Source: an uncultured Actinomycetota bacterium
Lineage (GTDB): Bacteria; Actinomycetota; Actinomycetes; Mycobacteriales; Mycobacteriaceae
Length of the DNA: 64,000 nt
NCBI GenBank assembly: GCA_963759655.1
Contig: CAVXAG010000039.1
Span: forward strand, 29,010 to 93,009
Reading direction: 5' to 3'
How positions within the stretch are numbered: position 1 is the stretch's first letter; each line of letters begins with the position of its first letter. Below, one piece after another: positions 62,404 through 64,000 of the stretch. The notes below the pieces were generated by a model. It was given only the letters and a program-made list of their open reading frames with translations. It ran no database searches and had not been told where the DNA came from. A program made the translations under genes and the position numbers.

Positions 62404-63813
62404 ATGAGCATGACCCCGACCGTCGCCAACCGTCATCACGTCGTCGTCGTCGGGTCCGGGTTCGGGGGTCTGACCGCGGCTAAGACGTTGAAGAGGGCAG
62501 ATGTCGATGTCACCCTCATCTCGAAGACGACGAGCCATCTGTTTCAGCCACTGCTCTATCAGGTCGCCACCGGCATATTGTCGGAAGGCGAGATCGCACC
62601 GAGCACGAGGTTGATCCTGCGGCGGCAGACGAATGTCAGGGTGTTGCTGGGTGACGTCGATGCGATCGACCTGACGGCGCAGACGGTGACGTCAAGGCTG
62701 ATGACCATGCAGACGGTCATCCCGTTTGACAGCCTCATCGTCGCCGCCGGCGCTCAGCAGTCCTATTTCGGCCACGAGGAGTTCGCCACGTTCGCACCGG
62801 GCATGAAGTCCATCGACGACGCCCTGGAGCTGCGCGGCCGGATCCTCGGCGCGTTCGAGGCGGCCGAGGTGACCACCGACCAGGCCGAGCGCCAGCGCCG
62901 CCTCACCTTTGTGGTGGTGGGCGCGGGCCCGACCGGCGTCGAGCTGGCCGGGCAGATCGCCGAACTCTCCGAGCGCACCCTGGCCGGGGCGTTTCGAACC
63001 ATCGAGCCAACCGATTGCCACGTGATCCTGATGGATGCCGCCCCGGAGGTGCTGCCGCCGATGGGCGAGAAGTTGGGCCTGATGGCACGGCGCCGGCTGG
63101 AGAAGATGGGCGTCGAGATCCAGCTCAACGCGATGGTGACCGCCGTCGACTACAAGGGGATCACCGTCAAGGACAAGGACGGTCCCGAACGCCGCATCGA
63201 ATGTGCGTGCAAGGTGTGGGCCGCGGGGGTGGCGGCGAGTCCGCTGGGCAGGATGCTCGCCGAGCAGTCCGATGGCACCGAAGTCGACCGCGCCGGGCGT
63301 GTCGTCGTGGAGCCCGACCTCACCGTCAAGGGACACCCGAACGTGTTCGTCGTCGGCGATCTGATGTCGGTGCCCGGGGTGCCCGGCATGGCGCAGGGCG
63401 CGATCCAGGGCGCGAAATATGCGACCAAGTTGATCAAGCACTCCGTCAAGGGCAGCGACGATCCCGCCAACCGCGCCCCGTTCAGATACCGCGACAAGGG
63501 CAGCATGGCGACGATCTCCCGAAACAGCGCCGTCGCGCAGGTCGGCAAGCTGGAGTTCGGTGGCTACTTCGCATGGCTGGCCTGGCTGGTCCTTCACCTG
63601 TGGTACCTGGTCGGGTTCAAGAACCGGTTCACCACGGTGATCCACTGGTTCGTGTCGTTCATGGGCCGCAGTCGCGGTCAGATGGCCATTACCAGCCAGA
63701 TGATCTATGCCCGGTTGGCGATGAACGAGTTGGCGCAGCGCACGGATGCGCTATCGGCTGTCGAGGAAGCCGAACACGTCGAACAAGACGCGTCCGCCGG
63801 CGGTGGTCAGTAG
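62404..63813 (+). CDS. ndhA: Type II NADH:quinone oxidoreductase, NdhA-like
   Basis: GSGFGG, FQPLLYQVATG, GAGPTGVE, AQGAIQ, KGSMAT; distinctive KGSDDPANR and GTEVDRAGR segments as I recall from NdhA. Confidence 0.85.
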   Translation: MSMTPTVANRHHVVVVGSGFGGLTAAKTLKRADVDVTLISKTTSHLFQPLLYQVATGILSEGEIAPSTRLILRRQTNVRVLLGDVDAIDLTAQTVTSRLMTMQTVIPFDSLIVAAGAQQSYFGHEEFATFAPGMKSIDDALELRGRILGAFEAAEVTTDQAERQRRLTFVVVGAGPTGVELAGQIAELSERTLAGAFRTIEPTDCHVILMDAAPEVLPPMGEKLGLMARRRLEKMGVEIQLNAMVTAVDYKGITVKDKDGPERRIECACKVWAAGVAASPLGRMLAEQSDGTEVDRAGRVVVEPDLTVKGHPNVFVVGDLMSVPGVPGMAQGAIQGAKYATKLIKHSVKGSDDPANRAPFRYRDKGSMATISRNSAVAQVGKLEFGGYFAWLAWLVLHLWYLVGFKNRFTTVIHWFVSFMGRSRGQMAITSQMIYARLAMNELAQRTDALSAVEEAEHVEQDASAGGGQ

Positions 63814-63822
63814 AGCGGCGGG

Positions 63823-64000
63823 TCAGCCGCGAGTGACCTTGCCGGCCTTCAGGCACGAGGTGCACACGTTCAGGCGCTGTTTGTTGCCGCCGGGGCGCGC
63901 CGCGGTGCGCACGGTCTGAATGTTCGGGTTCCAGCGACGGCTGGTCCGGCGGTGCGAGTGCGACACCCGCTTGCCGAAGCCGGGACGCTTCCCGCAGATC
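63823..64000 (-). CDS. rpmB: 50S ribosomal protein L28 (Cys-containing form), 5' end beyond the window
   Basis: Hand translation: [30 protein letters not shown]...[14 protein letters not shown]. Confidence 0.95.
   Translation of the reverse strand, partial: ICGKRPGFGKRVSHSHRRTSRRWNPNIQTVRTAARPGGNKQRLNVCTSCLKAGKVTRG

Overview
High-GC mycobacterial chromosomal segment. By gene recognition it is collinear (reversed) with the M. tuberculosis Rv3042c (serB2) to rpmB region. Core content: serB, the methylglucose-lipopolysaccharide (MGLP) cluster (Rv3037c-Rv3030-like), fixAB, an OlsB/OlsA-like acyltransferase pair, iscS-mnmA, ligA, gatCA-pfkA-gatB, ilvBNC with a leader-peptide attenuator, serA-leuB, gltX, tRNA-Gln(CTG) and tRNA-Glu(CTC), IclR/leuCD, hupB, mutT1-ppk1, cofC, gpsA-ddl, thiL-ung and rpmB. 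Five small accessory insertions interrupt this backbone. (1) 8.07-10.64 kb: a frameshifted MFS and frameshifted/truncated ArsR, followed by an intact stomatin-type SPFH gene, inside the MGLP cluster. (2) 24.4-28.1 kb: two divergent, equal-length Rv1481/BatA-like vWA membrane proteins with no MoxR or DUF58 partner, plus a large lipoprotein. (3) 39.5-41.07 kb: a TetR/DUF2867 pair with a clear operator, and a decayed methyltransferase remnant. (4) 49.03-49.44 kb, directly after tRNA-Glu: a small secreted Asn/Ala/Gly/Pro repeat protein (4 x 16 aa, bracketed by two Cys pairs). This is the best candidate for something undescribed (possible beta-solenoid or functional amyloid). (5) 62.4-63.8 kb: an NdhA-type NADH dehydrogenase between ung and rpmB. 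I found no transposase, integrase, prophage or CRISPR array. Family names and Rv numbers come from recognition of the protein sequences, not from database searches.
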